Source: Octopus bimaculoides (lineage: Eukaryota). From it: a stretch of DNA of 64,000 bases. Every line of letters begins with the position of its first letter. The stretch's first letter is position 1. The notes below the pieces were generated by a model. The model was given only the letters and a program-made list of their open reading frames with translations, ran no database searches and was not told the DNA's origin. The translations under genes and the position numbers were made by a program. Shown here in pieces: positions 49,790 to 63,466 of the stretch. The stretch spans positions 4,713,973 to 4,777,972 of the forward strand of contig NC_068990.1 in assembly GCF_001194135.2 (NCBI RefSeq), read 5' to 3'.

Positions 49790-51340
49790 AGACACATCCA
49801 CCCCGTCAGAGTTTTGGACGATTATAGACCTTTAAAGAAATTTTAAATTCAAAATAGCTTGTAGGTGTCTAGACCTCTACAGTTCAGTCTTGTATAGGGA
49901 TGCTAGTCTGGAAATCTGAAGTCATATGGACAGGTACACCATAGAAGAATCTATTGGAGATCTTGAAAGAATTTGCTCTAACTATAACAGTCACTACCAA
50001 GTTGAGATATGTCAAGTGTAGACATCCTGGATTTAAGACATCTAGACATCAGCAGATGCAAATATTACTCCTGTAGAAAGCCTAATGCGATAATTGTTTG
50101 TAGTCATTGGCACTCTACCCCTCCCCTCTCAGCTATAATCAGGAATCTAGTCACAGACATCAGTAGAACTTAACATTAAACAGAGAGCTCTTCAACAGGG
50201 CTATCCCACTATAATGAGACATTATCAAGGTGTGGCTTTATCGATAAGTTAGTAGGGAGGGAGTCTATTTTTTCTGAAGAGAATAGGAAAGGAAAACAAT
50301 CTGGTTTAATCCCCCATTTATCTTGAAGGTTTCCACTAACATACGTGCTTCTTGATGCTTATTAAAGAGACTTTCCAAGAACCATAGATGTTATAAACTC
50401 TTTAATCCCCATGATGTTTAGATAATACTGCTAACACGCACCCACACAACCCTCACCCCTAACTTCTGAAAGCCTACCAACGACCGGGAGTATCCTGCCT
50501 CTCAAAAGCTATAATCTATAGAGCTACTCTCACATCATCCACTGACATCACAAGACTCTGATTAGGTACGACAGCCAATGGCTTCAAAGAAAGATACACA
50601 ACACATGCACTTTCAGGTGTAAGAATATGGAAAAATTGTCTCTCCTGCTTCATCTGGTGACTCCAGGATGATTGAAATGACTTCACCATCATCAAAAGGA
50701 GTTCATAATTACCAACTCTGTCACCATGAGAAACTGCGCACACTCCACCAATCTGCAAAATGGACTATGTTATTCTTCGTACCAGCAAAATACCCAGAAA
50801 CTAAACTTCAAATCTCTGGTCACTGATACCTTTGATACACCACCTTTGGTACACTGACTAGCACACAAGGACAGGGTATATAATTCCCGCAGTCTGTATT
50901 GGCTACAGCCTACTCTTGTTGGTCATGCAACCTCACTTATAACGTAACTCTATCAAAACAGCTACCCATATGTGATGACACTTGTCACTAGTGTCTTCAT
51001 ATTCCACACAATGATGTCTAACTGGCTAATGGGCAACTTCATCTTCCCTAACCTGCCACATACAGCACCCAATACAAGGAATAGAACTGGAATACTTGAA
51101 TACACAGCTGCTGACAAAGTGGTACTAACATCCTGTTTGCAACATGTACACCTAAAAATGAAAAATAAAACTGATGTTGCTTTGATAGTATAACAACCAC
51201 ATTACCTAAGATGACCAATAGAAGCCTAAATAACCTAGAAGCTATTTTGAATTTCTTTCAAACTCCTTAATCTTTTTCCAAACATCGGATGAGGCTGTGA
51301 AATGGAAAAAATTCTAAGGATGACAAGTGGTTAAATAAAT
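49790..51340. mobile_element. Heavily decayed LINE-like sequence, clade unresolved
   Basis: Higher GC and complexity, with short motifs reminiscent of RQGCPLS (QQGYP) and a C-terminal ET..H. There is no continuous frame. Confidence 0.3.
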
Positions 51341-51367
51341 ATATTCACCTCTCATACCTCCTGACAT

Positions 51368-51462
<95 letters not shown>

Positions 51463-51470
51463 TATATACA

Positions 51471-51660
51471 CCAGCTTGAAATTTTAGTAAAATGAATTGA
51501 CCCCAGTACTTCTTTTTTAAGCCTGGTACTTATTCTATCAGTCTGTTTTGCTGAACTGCTAAGTTACAGGGTCACAAACACACTAGCATCAGTTGTCAAG
51601 CAGTGGCAGTGGGGCAAACACAAAGACATAGACACACACACATAGATATAATATATACAT

Positions 51661-51745
<85 letters not shown>

Positions 51746-51937
51746 TAGATAGATAGATAGATATGCATGCACACACATGTATATATAAGACAGGCTTCTT
51801 TCAGTTTCCACCTTCCAAGTCCACTTACAAGACATTGGTTGGCCTGAGGCTTTAGTAGAAGATACCCAAGGTGCCACGCAGTGGGACTGAATCTGGAACC
51901 ATGTGACTGAGAAGCACGATTCTTACCACATAGCCAT
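51471..51937 (-). mobile_element. Dominant SINE copy with internal TA/GA microsatellite
   Basis: Reverse complement of the 35464 copy (ggcttctttcagtttcc...caaggtgccacgcagtgggactgaa). Confidence 0.8.
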
Positions 51938-52959
51938 ATATATTTCATGTGCATANNNNNNNNNNTATATATTATACATATGTTATCGATGCTCAGCAAT
52001 TGTCAATTAAGCATTTCATCTGTCTTCACACTATTAGCGTTGTCCAAGCAAAGGCAAGGCCTAACTCATCTTATCACATGTATTGATGCATTTGTACTCA
52101 GAATATAAAGAACTGGAACAAATTCCACATGGCATTTTGTCCAGCACTCTTAGCATTTTCATTAATCTAATATCTATGATTAGATAGATGGAAATTACAA
52201 TTATCACAATCATAATTTGAACTCTTAATTCAAATAGTAAGAAAAGATAGCACTGGCATTTTGTCAGGTGCACTATCATTTTTGCTCTTGAGTGTGAGTG
52301 TGTATGTGCATGCACACACATGCGTGCATACACACACACACACACACACACACTGAATAGTTGACAATAAAAAGATTTACACTAATACCACTACTGAAAT
52401 GACTACACAGCAATGATAAATATTACACTTGTTTCTTTATACTAGTAAAAAACAGAATGTTTTGAATAAATCCTTGGAAATGAATGAGACAACCTCAATA
52501 GATTCGTTCTGATCAAACATTAGTTATATATAACTGTTTCTTTTTGTGTGTATGTAGGTGTTATGTATATGCTGGTTTACTCACTGGGCTGCTTTAATCA
52601 GCAACAGGATGGAAAAAAAAAAACGCTCACATTATTGCTTTTTCCTATCATGTTTTGTAATCTCTTGAGAAATTAGAATGAAATACACTACATTATAATT
52701 TCAATTTTGATTGGAAATATTGAATACTGAGAGTATAAGATAACATTTCATCTTTTGAAAGCGATATGTTTTCTATTGTTACTGATAGAATAGTGTAGCA
52801 GTTGTTATTTTGGTAGCTTTTGTACTTGACAAGCAGATGTTCACTTTATAAACCATGGATATAAAAACTACAAAAGTTTTAAAATTCTACAATTATGATG
52901 AAATTCATTGACACTTGCAAGAATAGATTGTTTAACAATCTACTCTTGCACACTTAGTA

Positions 52960-53200
52960 TTCACATAATGGAGGTTCTTTCCTGCCACCAAGTGAAAGCT
53001 GTGTATTTTACAAAATTATGCCAATGACTTTCCTGCGACAGATGTGAGTGCATGCATGAAGACATGAAAGATATTCTTAATTATTGCTATGATATATTCT
53101 ACCTGTCTTTGAAAAGCATTTTTCTTTATGACAATGTCAAGAATACAAAGAAGTCCTAAGTTTATGGAAACATAAATGTAGGAATGTCTCATAATTTCTA
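52960..53200 (+). mobile_element. Possible LINE C-terminal zinc-knuckle remnant
   Basis: LSCDRCECMHEDMKDILNYC resembles C-x2-C-x4-E-x3-H-I-L-x2-C. Confidence 0.3.
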
Positions 53201-55016
53201 AAAGTGATTTCTGACATTGGTACATGACTAAACATTTAGGTTTGGTGTATAATCAATGAAAGATAGCCCAGTACCTGACAGTACTGACCCTAAAAACATG
53301 AAAGGCGGATCTGAACTCAAAATCTAAAAGTCAGTAACTAAATACTTCGAGGCAGTCTGCACAAAGCATTTATGAAATCAACTGTTCTTGTAACATATCA
53401 CTGGAGGCTAATGTTAGTTAGTATAATAAATGGGAATAATGAAAAACATTTTTCAGGCAGAGCATTTAATGAATTCATAAGACATTATAGATGAATCAAT
53501 CAGGCAACATGAAAAACAAAATATATCAGCTCTTTCAGGAAACTTCAATAAATTTGAAAGGCAACATTATTGTAAGATTACTTAGTCTTACATCAGAAGA
53601 CAGAATACATTTTCAAGTAAGAAGATATATAGTCTTTTGAGGGTTAGCAAAATAACTGATAGAAAAATCTCACTTATCTTACTGAATGCTTGACTTATTA
53701 TAGTCAAATGTAAAATTTATTGTTATTATTAGTACCTCCAGTAAAAATTTCTGTTGTAGTTGTTGATGTAAGAGTCAGCACTCTTACTGAAAGCAAAGAC
53801 AATTTATTTTATTGATTCTGCTTATTTACAATACAGTTATCTTTGATAAGTTTCAACCATAGATATGTGGGAGAGGAAACATGATACACAAGCTCAATCT
53901 TATCAATCTTTATTTTTTTCAATGTTTTACAACTATTTTCTCATACTGATGGTGCGATGGTTTATGTGGGACAACTTTTTTTCACACCTTGAGACCCTTA
54001 TAACTGCTAACTCTCTGACTCAGAACTCATTAGAAATTTATATATCTTTTGGTTAAGTGGCAAGAAGAGGTCAAATATTAATGTAACTAAAGAATTGTGC
54101 TCCTGGAGCAAGATTTGAACTTATGAATATGTCATGCATAGTTCACTGCATTATCTTCACAAAAACTGTGTTGTTAATATAGCTGTAAGGTTTTTCTTTT
54201 TATTTCCTTATTTTGATATTTTTAAATATTTCAAAACGGCAAATTCAGCATAAAAATTGATTGCTAAGGAAGATAGTATTGTTCCTTAGAATACTCTTAA
54301 TTTTGATTATCAAATATCTTAATGTAGATATATCAGGTGGTTGTTGTCAATAAAGATGGGTGCTGACTGAAAGTTGATATCTTGGAGATTCTATTACTTA
54401 ACAGATGAAATATTAATTAACAAATGTTACTTAAAGACTAAGATAATGTGATGAGAAAAGAACGTTTATACTGTTAATGATTTTGACACAAGTAATACAA
54501 TATAGGTCCACCTGTATAAATTGAAACATTTGAATGGAATCTAAATGAATATAAGCTACAGACAAAGAAGTAATATTGTTTAATAAATTCTGTGATGGCT
54601 ATTTTGATACTGACTCCAAGAACGCTATTAGCTTAAAATGAAACTTACAAAATTTCTGATTCTTTCCATATTAATAATAGAAAACTATAATTGTTTGGGA
54701 AATATAACAGACAATTACCTCATTGTCTCTAAATAAATAATATTTGTAGATACATCATCTAAACTACTGCTATTTGTGCAGCAGTCTTAATAATTTGAAC
54801 ATCAATTTTTTATAAACAGGGAGATAATCGATTCTTAACTTCAACACACACACACACACACACACACACATTTTTACAAGGCAAAGGTTGACAGACACAT
54901 AATATCTGTATATACATTCATATATTCATATATGTGTATATATATATATGTATATACATACACACAGTCATATATATGTGTATATGTATATATATACACA
55001 TATGCCTATATACATT

Positions 55017-55082
<66 letters not shown>

Positions 55083-55239
55083 AAGGTTCGGAGGTGATGT
55101 ACAGGAATTATATATTAGAAAAAATAATAGTCAGGTACTCAGATGTCTGGATGGTTGTATATTTACAGATTTTTATTCATATGTCACATGTTTTATAAAT
55201 TAGCGCTTTCACCTAGTCTTGTACGGTCATCAAATTTTG

Positions 55240-55525
55240 ATGACCCTACAATCAATTCCATGGTGTACATGGAGGGTATATATTTTGTTTAAGAAATGAA
55301 GAAAGAACAAGGCATTCATGATGTAAAGGATCTAATTTGCAACACTAATGTCAGAAAACCAGGTAGTTACATGCCCACTTATGAATTTGGAAGGCATACA
55401 AGTCAGATTGACTACATTCTAATCAGAAAAGAGGATTAATAGATGTAACAGCAAAGTCCTCTGATGAAAACGATACATCTCAACATAAGTTAGTGGCTTG
55501 TGACTTCAGATGTAGAGCTAGAAGG

Positions 55526-55568
<43 letters not shown>

Positions 55569-57140
55569 CACACACACACAAACCAGTCAGGAAATGGAAG
55601 ATATGAAAGCTCAAAAATCTACAGAACAGTCAAGGATTTGAAGAAGCATTTGACAAGAGGAAGGAGATGATGTATAACATAGAGGACCATTAAAACCCTA
55701 CTGAGGGATAACAGAGCATATTTGTGGCTGGTGCAAATTTCCAGCCAGACCAAAGGTAAAGTGGTGGTGGAACAGTGAAGTAAACAGAGTCATAAAGGTG
55801 AAGAGACAGGCTTGGGAGGAATGGAACAATGATGGTAATAGGGAATTATACCACATAACTAGAAGAAATGCTAGGCAACATGTTTATTTAGCAAGGGTAG
55901 AAGCAGAAAGGAAGAGGTTTACCAACATTCTACAGTATGAGAACTAGAGGCATGAGTTGTTCAGAATTGCAAGACAGTGTATCAGTGAGAATCAAGATGT
56001 TGTGGGATAGACGTATACAGATGGAAAATGGTACATTTGCACATAATGATTCTGAAAAGGAAGTGAAATGGATGAGTGACTATGAAAAGCAATTAATTGT
56101 GAGGAATGCATGGGAAACGGAGGGTTATCCGAACATGGATGCAAGAATTGATCCAGTCATTCTAGTTGACAATAGTTTGATAGATAAAGCAACTAAGAAG
56201 GCATGAAAACCACTGGACCATCAGGAATTATTAATGAGATGCTTAAAATATTGGGTAGTGCAGGATATGGCCTGCATAATTAATCAGTGTGAACAGGAAG
56301 ATGCCAAAGAGCATCATAGTTAGCTGTTATAAAGGTAAAGATGTTATAGAGAGAAATAATTACATAGGTAAAAAATTGCTGGACCAGACCATGCAAGTTA
56401 TGGAAAGAGTTATAGCTTGGTTAGTTAGTGGAAAAGACATGATGAGATGCTGTTTGGTTTGTGCCAGGGAAAAATATACATGACCTCTTTCTGGTGAGGC
56501 AACTGCAGGAGAAATACTTGGCTAAAAGTAAGCCACTGTACTTTGTTGACCTGGAGAAAGACTTTGACAGGGCCCCTTGCTGTATGATCAAGTGGTTAAT
56601 AAAGAAGATAATGGTAGATAAATGGCTTGTGAGTGTCATGTAAGCCATTTCCAGTAGGAAACGCTATATGCTGATGACCTTATTCTTAATGTAGAGATAT
56701 TAGAAATGAAATTCAAGAAGCAAAATCTAGAAGCAAAAGGCCTCAAAGTTAACTTAGCAAAGACCAAAGTTTTAGTAAGCTGGAAAGTAGTCAAGACTAT
56801 TTTTATCAAGGACATGACCTTATTCAAATCATTAAAAAGTGTAGGTATAAATTCCATATGGTGTACCCAGTGCAAATTATTGGCACAAAAGGGTGCAGTG
56901 GTATTACAGTCAAGTTAACAGAGAAAGAATTTGTAAGAGACCGATTCACTGGAACAATAATCATTAAGAGTACACTGAAAATAAAGTTTATCAAATGCCT
57001 AGGAGGATCCTAGAGGCAGGAAATGACTTCTATTACCTACACGATCTAACTGGCAATAGAGGAGGTTGTTCTGAAAGTATAATTGCTAGAATAAGAATAA
57101 GATGGGAAAAGGTCAGAGAGATAATCCCAGTTAACAAATG
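55240..57140 (+). mobile_element. Long decayed RTE LINE (APE endonuclease to RT), many stops and deletions
   Basis: DLICNTN.RKP...QIDYILIR (endonuclease); LVRQLQEKYLAKSKPLYFVDLEKDFDRAP; YADDL; FKKQNLEAKGLKVNLAKTKVLVS; INSIWCTQCK. Confidence 0.85.
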
Positions 57141-57149
57141 GCTTTTGTC

Positions 57150-57450
57150 TTCAAGTGGTCCACGTTTTGTCTCTGAGCTTTGTGACATGTCCATCCCATT
57201 GGAGCTTGTGCTTCATTCTGTTCTTGAGTTCTCTTGTTTTGGATATGCTCCTGCAATAATTTTCATATAGATCTTTCCAGGGTTCTCTGTACTGTAGCCA
57301 GTCATGCTCCTTCCTTTGTTGTAGCCCATGTCATTTTTGCATTGAAGAGTGTAAGTAGAATGGTGTATAGAAGAGATTTTCATGCAGGTTATAGTCCAGC
57401 AGAGCTTGGAGTACATTGTCAATTGAGGCATATTCATTTAATCCTGCTCT
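57150..57450 (-). mobile_element. RTE-like RT C-terminal fragment, opposite orientation to the preceding LINE
   Basis: MKHKLQWDGHVTKLRDKTWT (cf. K.KW.WAGHV.R..D.RWT). Confidence 0.6.
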
Positions 57451-57670
57451 TACTCTGTGTGAAATATCAGTATTGATATCTTGGCACATATATTTATAAA
57501 TGTAAAATTAAAATTAAAAGAAAAAAATCCAGTAGTAATAAACAGTTGACAACTGAGGAGGAGTTAGACTGCTTTTGGCATTTTGTCCCATAATTTTTGC
57601 TCATTGGTGATGTCCTGTACTTAATAAATATTTTTTATTTTTATATTATATATATATATATGTATGTGTG

Positions 57671-57931
57671 TAGAGGTGCAATGGCTCAGTGGTTAGGGCA
57701 GTGTACTCGTCATAGGATCGCAGTTTCGATTTCCAGACCGGGCATTGTGAGTGTTTATTGAGCCAGCCTTGTCACACTCTGTGTCACGCTGAATATCCCT
57801 GAGAACTACGTTAAGGGTACACATGTCTGTGGAGTGCTCAGCCATTTGCATGTTAATTTCACGAGCAGGCTGTTCCGTTGATCGGATCAACTGGAACCCT
57901 TGTTGTCGTTGTCATAACCGATGGAGTGCCA
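57671..57931 (+). mobile_element. tRNA-derived SINE (family of 6884), internally deleted
   Basis: gaggtgcaatggctcagtggttagggc...gtttcgatttcc head; body gtggagtgctcagcc...cacgagcaggctgttccgttgat. Confidence 0.85.
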
Positions 57932-60067
57932 CGGCAATATATATATGTATTCTGTTTGTCCTAAGTAAATATACTCCTTCACCTCCTCAATGTCATCATT
58001 GTCCTTTTAATGGCCACTTTTCTATGCTTGTGTGAATCTGATGGAATTCATTGAGGCAGATATTCTGCAACCAGGTTGCTTTCTTGTCACCAGTCCACAC
58101 CTCTTTCCAAGCAAGGTAACATTTCCCCATGGCAGGACATATTTTCATGGAATATTAGAAACGTGCAGTATATGTCTATGATGGTGACACTTATTTACAA
58201 CTATCATGTGCTATCAAGCTAAGGACACATATCTATCTGTGTGTGTGTGTTAAACTAAATACATTCACAAGGCTTTAGTCTACATGGGACCACAGTAGAA
58301 GATACTTGTCCAATAGTGGGACTGAACTTGGATCATATCATTGAGAACCAAGCTTCTTAACCACTCAACTATGCGTGTACATTTAATGCATTTGAGATTA
58401 TGGCTTCTTAATGATTTTTGAATACTCTAAAGGTCATTGACCTGTTATTGAAAGAACAGATATTCATAGACTATAATATAAAACCTTTGACTTGTGACAG
58501 GGAGTGTGATTGCTAACAAAAGAAATAGTCTTCGTCACCATCTAACAATTTTTACTTTAGAATATTTTTTTTTCCGTTTTCCCAAATTAGTTACATGCAG
58601 CAATAATCTATTTATTGGGGTGTCTAAAAATTATAATCTTAATAAAGTGACCACATTATCGTGCGAAGAATTACTATGAAGTAATATTTCTTTTTATGAA
58701 AGTGTGACAATGACAATATTTGAAATCTAGCCTTGTTAATTCAATCTAATATATTTATTTGATGCAATATTGATAGCAAATACTTGAGGTAAAATACATA
58801 TAGACTTCACTGTGAGTTTATTCAGATTTTATAAAATAGAATAAATTTAGAACAAATGTCTTTATGGAAAGAGGGAAAAACCCTTCCATTATTCCTTTAT
58901 GCTTCAAATGTTTGATAGAATATTGAACTAGGTTTCATTCAGTTTTAATTAATATTATTATGTTTCTTTTTTCAGTTTAAAATGATGTCAAATTAAATTA
59001 ACACTAGAAGTGGAAGGGAAAAGTATTGAGACAGTGAGAAGAGACAGAATCTAGCAAATCAAGGAATACGAAAAATTTAAAATTGTGAGTGAGAAGGAAG
59101 AAAGGAAAGAGAAAATAATATGAATGTGGAGTTTAAGGGGAGAGGGGCATAGAAATTCTATGTTCAGAGAGAGAGAAATAGAAAGATAATGTGCATGCGA
59201 AATTTTTAAAAAACTGTGTGTGTGTGTGTGTGTGCATGTGCATGTGTCTGTGTGTATGGTGCATATGCATGTGTGTGTACATGAATTCAGGGTGGCAAGT
59301 CATGAAAATTTAATTAATGCAAATTCCAGTGATGACAAGTCATTTTTTAAAAGATTAATACTGGTCAAAAAAGCAAGGAGATAGTCCAAAATTTAAATTA
59401 AATAATTTCCAAGATACATATCATGGATGCTTGATGAAATAGTTAAGTACCAGACTAAACACCTTCTGGTATCTAGTTACATCCCTTTACTGAGGTTCAT
59501 TTTTGCCTTCATTCTCCAGGAATGAGAAAATAAAGTAGGAATACTGTACTGAGAATAATTCAGTTTACTACAGACTGTCCTTACAAATTTGTAGCCTTGT
59601 ACTAAAAGTTAGATCCTATAAAATTATAGCTATAGTATTATATATATATAACAAATTATATATTATATATTATTTGCATTCATCTAAGATTTGTTCTAAT
59701 AGTTAGATTATGCTTCACTGATGAAGTCTAATAAGACTAAAACATGTCCATAGTTGTCATTATGTTGCTAATGATTAGATTCACGTCTACTATATTTTAT
59801 ATTCAATTAATTTTATTTAAATGAATTCACCTTTTTACTAAAAGCTGGAGAGAGGGTTTGTTCACTGAAACATCACTGACCATACCACAAACCACAGTTC
59901 CTGACAGGTAGCCAAGAATATTTCCTGCTTTATTAACCAGTATTTGTCCTTTAAAAACTGACTTATTCTCATCACTGTAGAATTTGAACTAAAGTTCTCA
60001 AAGCATGCTATACTAACATCACTCTGCCTATAATTATCTTCTCAGAGTCTATTAAACAGTTTGTATG

Positions 60068-60420
60068 GGAACTAAGTATGTTCTGGGAATAACATATGGA
60101 AGAAGTGCTTCAGAGAAAACTTACCAAATACCAGGAGCTGGTAGAGCAGAACAGAAACCAAGGCTGGGGAGCATGCCATAAACCAATTGAAGTAAGCTGC
60201 CAGGGTTTTGTGGAGTGAATAATTTGTAAAACTATAACAAGGATGGCTCTTTGCTGATGAAACAAAGAGTGGCGGTTGGATATATTCTATCACTAGAGCA
60301 GCAGAAAAAGTGACTAGATAGCTTTGGATAATAAGAACAGATTCCTGGCTTGTTGCTACTGGAATGTAAGGCAGGATCTGATCAGGTACCAGGAGGGGGA
60401 GGAGATGTTTGATGTTGAAA
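60068..60420 (+). mobile_element. HERO-like (REL endonuclease) non-LTR retrotransposon 3' remnant
   Basis: LSMFWE*HMEEVLQRKLTKYQELVEQNRNQGWGACHKPIEVSCQGFV matches ELTVPWE...EEA.ERK..KY..LV......GW......PIEVGCRGF. Confidence 0.8.
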
Positions 60421-61353
60421 TATTTGAAACCCCTACAGTCCTAAAAACATCTAAGAGCATCAATGATATGCATTTTGGAAATTATTTGATTTAAATTCTG
60501 GGAAATCTTTCCTGCTTTATTGACTAGTCTAAGTAATTTAAATAATGACATTTTTCCATCACTGTGTATTTGAATTAATTAAATTTTCAAAACTTGTTAC
60601 ATTAAATATGTCAGTTACATCTTTACTATTAATTTACCCTAACTTCCTTGCGTTTGATTATCTCCCTTATCTTTTACATAAGAAAAATAAGAATGAAGGA
60701 AATATTTCATTTGACTAAGATACACACACACAAGTGATAAATCCCATCCAGAAAATAACAACAAGAAACAAGGTCTTGTTTTCAAACACTCATCTGCAGC
60801 TGCATTACATTGTTTCATAGATGGAACAATAATTTCATCCATCAAAGGAAATATTTTAAAACATGTTTTGATAACTGGAATTCTATATTTCAATGCATTT
60901 TAAATTCAAAATTAAAAAAAAAATCTTAAAACAATATTATAAGAAATATAGTTCACATGATTAACTAACGATATGAAATAGCTGAAAATTATTAAAAACA
61001 GACATTATCATAAAAAGAATGCTTGCATCCATTATATAACTCAACATGCATTGAGAAAACTAGGTGTTTCATATAACAAAGATTAAATATATTCAAATGA
61101 CAGTTAAATGAGAGATAGCAAAAAGAAGAAACGCTAAATATTATTACCATTTTGGAACATGGTTTTTTGTTTGCAGCAATATAAGGTAACAGTACTATAT
61201 AAGCTAGTATAATTGCAAAAATACTCTGTGCAAACTTAGGCACTTGCATAATGTTTGGGAAAACAGTTTCCCATGTTAATCCTACATTTCAAAGTATATG
61301 TAGTGCATGATCTTTGCAAGGCAGGCTAAGACAAACAGTATAATTTACCTTAC

Positions 61354-61398
61354 CTAGTGTTCTTAGCATAATGGCTGCAGCAAAGTTTGAACTCATAG
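61354..61398 (-). CDS. 45-nt exon candidate, possibly containing the start codon: MSSNFAAAIMLRTL(G/D)
   Basis: Very long polypyrimidine tract, acceptor gacctttcAG and donor TAG|GTAAGG. ATG at 61396-61394 is in the open frame, and the exon ends in phase 1. Confidence 0.55.
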
Positions 61399-61512
61399 CT
61401 GAAAGGTCAGTAGTCCAGAAATTTAAGAAGAAAAAGAGTAAAAGAGAAAAAAAAAAAAAAGAAAAAATACCAAAATTCTAATAAACAAAATATTTTAATA
61501 TTCAGATCATAC

Positions 61513-61573
61513 CAGTCTAACTGCCATTGTTGCTTGTTAATATTGAGAAAAATGGCAAACCTTTAAGTTGTAT
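61513..61573 (-). other. Possible 5' UTR exon upstream of 61354-61398
   Basis: Acceptor ttccattcatacctgacttgcAG and donor CTG|GTATGA. Stops in all frames; it would leave a 114-nt intron. Confidence 0.25.
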
Positions 61574-62507
61574 CTGCAAGTCAGGTATGAATGGAATAAA
61601 TATATTCATAAAAGGTAGTAAAAAGACTAAACTGAACAGTAACGTATATAATACACATGCACACACACGTACAGCGAGAGATAATAGAGAGATAGATAGA
61701 GAGAAAGAGAGGAGAGAGAGAGAAAGAAAGAGAGAGAGTTTTAACAAATGAGTTAGTTTAACAAATGAGAGTGTACACAATACATGACATTGAACACACG
61801 CATACACACACCCAGTGTGCAGTGTTAATTTGATGTCTTTGAAAGTGTTCTGTAACCTTAGTTTAAAGTGATATAAAATAAATATATATAACATTCTATA
61901 GGCTAACTAAACAAAAAAAAAATAATTCAAGGCATGTATATTAAGGATGCATTTCTAGAAACTAATTGCAGTCATCAGCAAAATGCATTTCTAGAAACTA
62001 GTTGCAGTCATCAGCTGCAAATAAATAAGACTGAAGTTTCAAACTGATTTTGACACCTCATGGCTTATGGTTTTATTATGATGAGGGTGCATAACAGGGG
62101 TAAATTTGAATTTCTCTTATTTATTTCTGACTGATGACAGTCCCATTTGTGGCCAAATGAATGCAACAATTTTCTAGAAAGAAATTTGAGTATAGATATA
62201 ATATATGTTTGTCAAAACTATAGTAATATCTGTTCGGCAGCTGATGATGGGAATGGTATATTTGATACGCTTGTGAATTTTTATTTCTTGGTATCTTGTT
62301 ATTTTAAGTTGTGCTCTGTTCTTGTAAAGTTGAAAATGATTGTGGATTCATGGTTTATAGTGATTACTTATATTGATATTGGTTGATTTACTTCGTAGAT
62401 AATCTTACGAGGTTTGGATAATGCTTAAATAATGATACCTTGTTTGAAGAGATTCTGTGGCATGCATGCATGCATGCATACATACATACATACATACATA
62501 CATACTG

Positions 62508-62830
62508 TATCCAGATTACAAGTTCAGGTTTACACCTGTAATTATTGGGGCACTGGGATATGTAACACACTGCCTAAATACCAATCTTGAGAAATTAGGC
62601 TTCTCAAAATTAAAATGAGAAAGCTGATGTGAAGACTACAGATTCAAGCCATTTGTGGAAATGTAAAAATATGTAAAATTTTCCAGAAGTTTATCATTTA
62701 AGTATACATGAGTATATCTAGACATGTAACATTATGCATGAGAATACATACATAAAACAAAACATCCCTGAGCTTGCGACTTATATTGGCACCAGACATC
62801 TTACTCCGGCTTGTCTCTGGATAATTTCAA
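62508..62830 (+). mobile_element. REL-type LINE C-terminus and 3' UTR remnant
   Basis: YPDYKFRFTPVIIGALGYVTHCLNTNLEKLGFS...RLQIQAICGNVKICKIFQKF contains the P.IIGALG motif. Confidence 0.7.
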
Positions 62831-62935
62831 TAAAGTGGAAAGGGTTTATGAGGTGTTGTGCAAGCCTCAGTGGACCTAAAACTCAGCACAGGCATTGCCG
62901 ACCTCTGCTCAACATGTGTGGTTTTTTTTTCCTAT

Positions 62936-63003
62936 ATATATATTTATCTTATTTTTAGCATATATTTATCTTATTTTTAGTATATATTTTCTTCATTTTT
63001 AGT
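62936..63003. repeat. ~22-bp minisatellite, 3 copies
   Basis: tatatttatcttatttttag(c/t)a repeated. Confidence 0.75.
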
Positions 63004-63417
63004 ATACAAACTAATACATTCCATGTGAGTGTCCTGTTGTTGTTTGCTACTGTTATTTTTAATGTTCGTTAATTTGGTTCAACTATATATTCCTGAATCT
63101 CTCCTTTTCCAAAATAAATACTTATATAATGAACTCCAATATTTCCTTCTATTGAAACTCTCTCATATCATCTCTGATGATAGAATATCCTTTATATCCC
63201 TGAATCAGCTGTAAGACTACCTTTCTCTTTATAAATGTCCTAGAAATATCACATTGCCTTGACCTCGTTATATCATTTTATTTAATATATACATGCTCAC
63301 ACGCAACACACATTAGACTCCTGACTCATACTATTATTGAACTGGGAGTCTAACAGCAGTCTTTCCATAGCCCTTACACAGTATTACCTGCCTTTTGGGT
63401 CTTCTGGATACCGAAAC

Positions 63418-63466
<49 letters not shown>

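Noticed and set aside
3009-55203. Dozens of ORFs rich in YI/IY/CV/HT or X
   Set aside because: They are translations of (TA)n, (TG)n, (TATG)n or (AAT)n microsatellites, or read through N-gaps.
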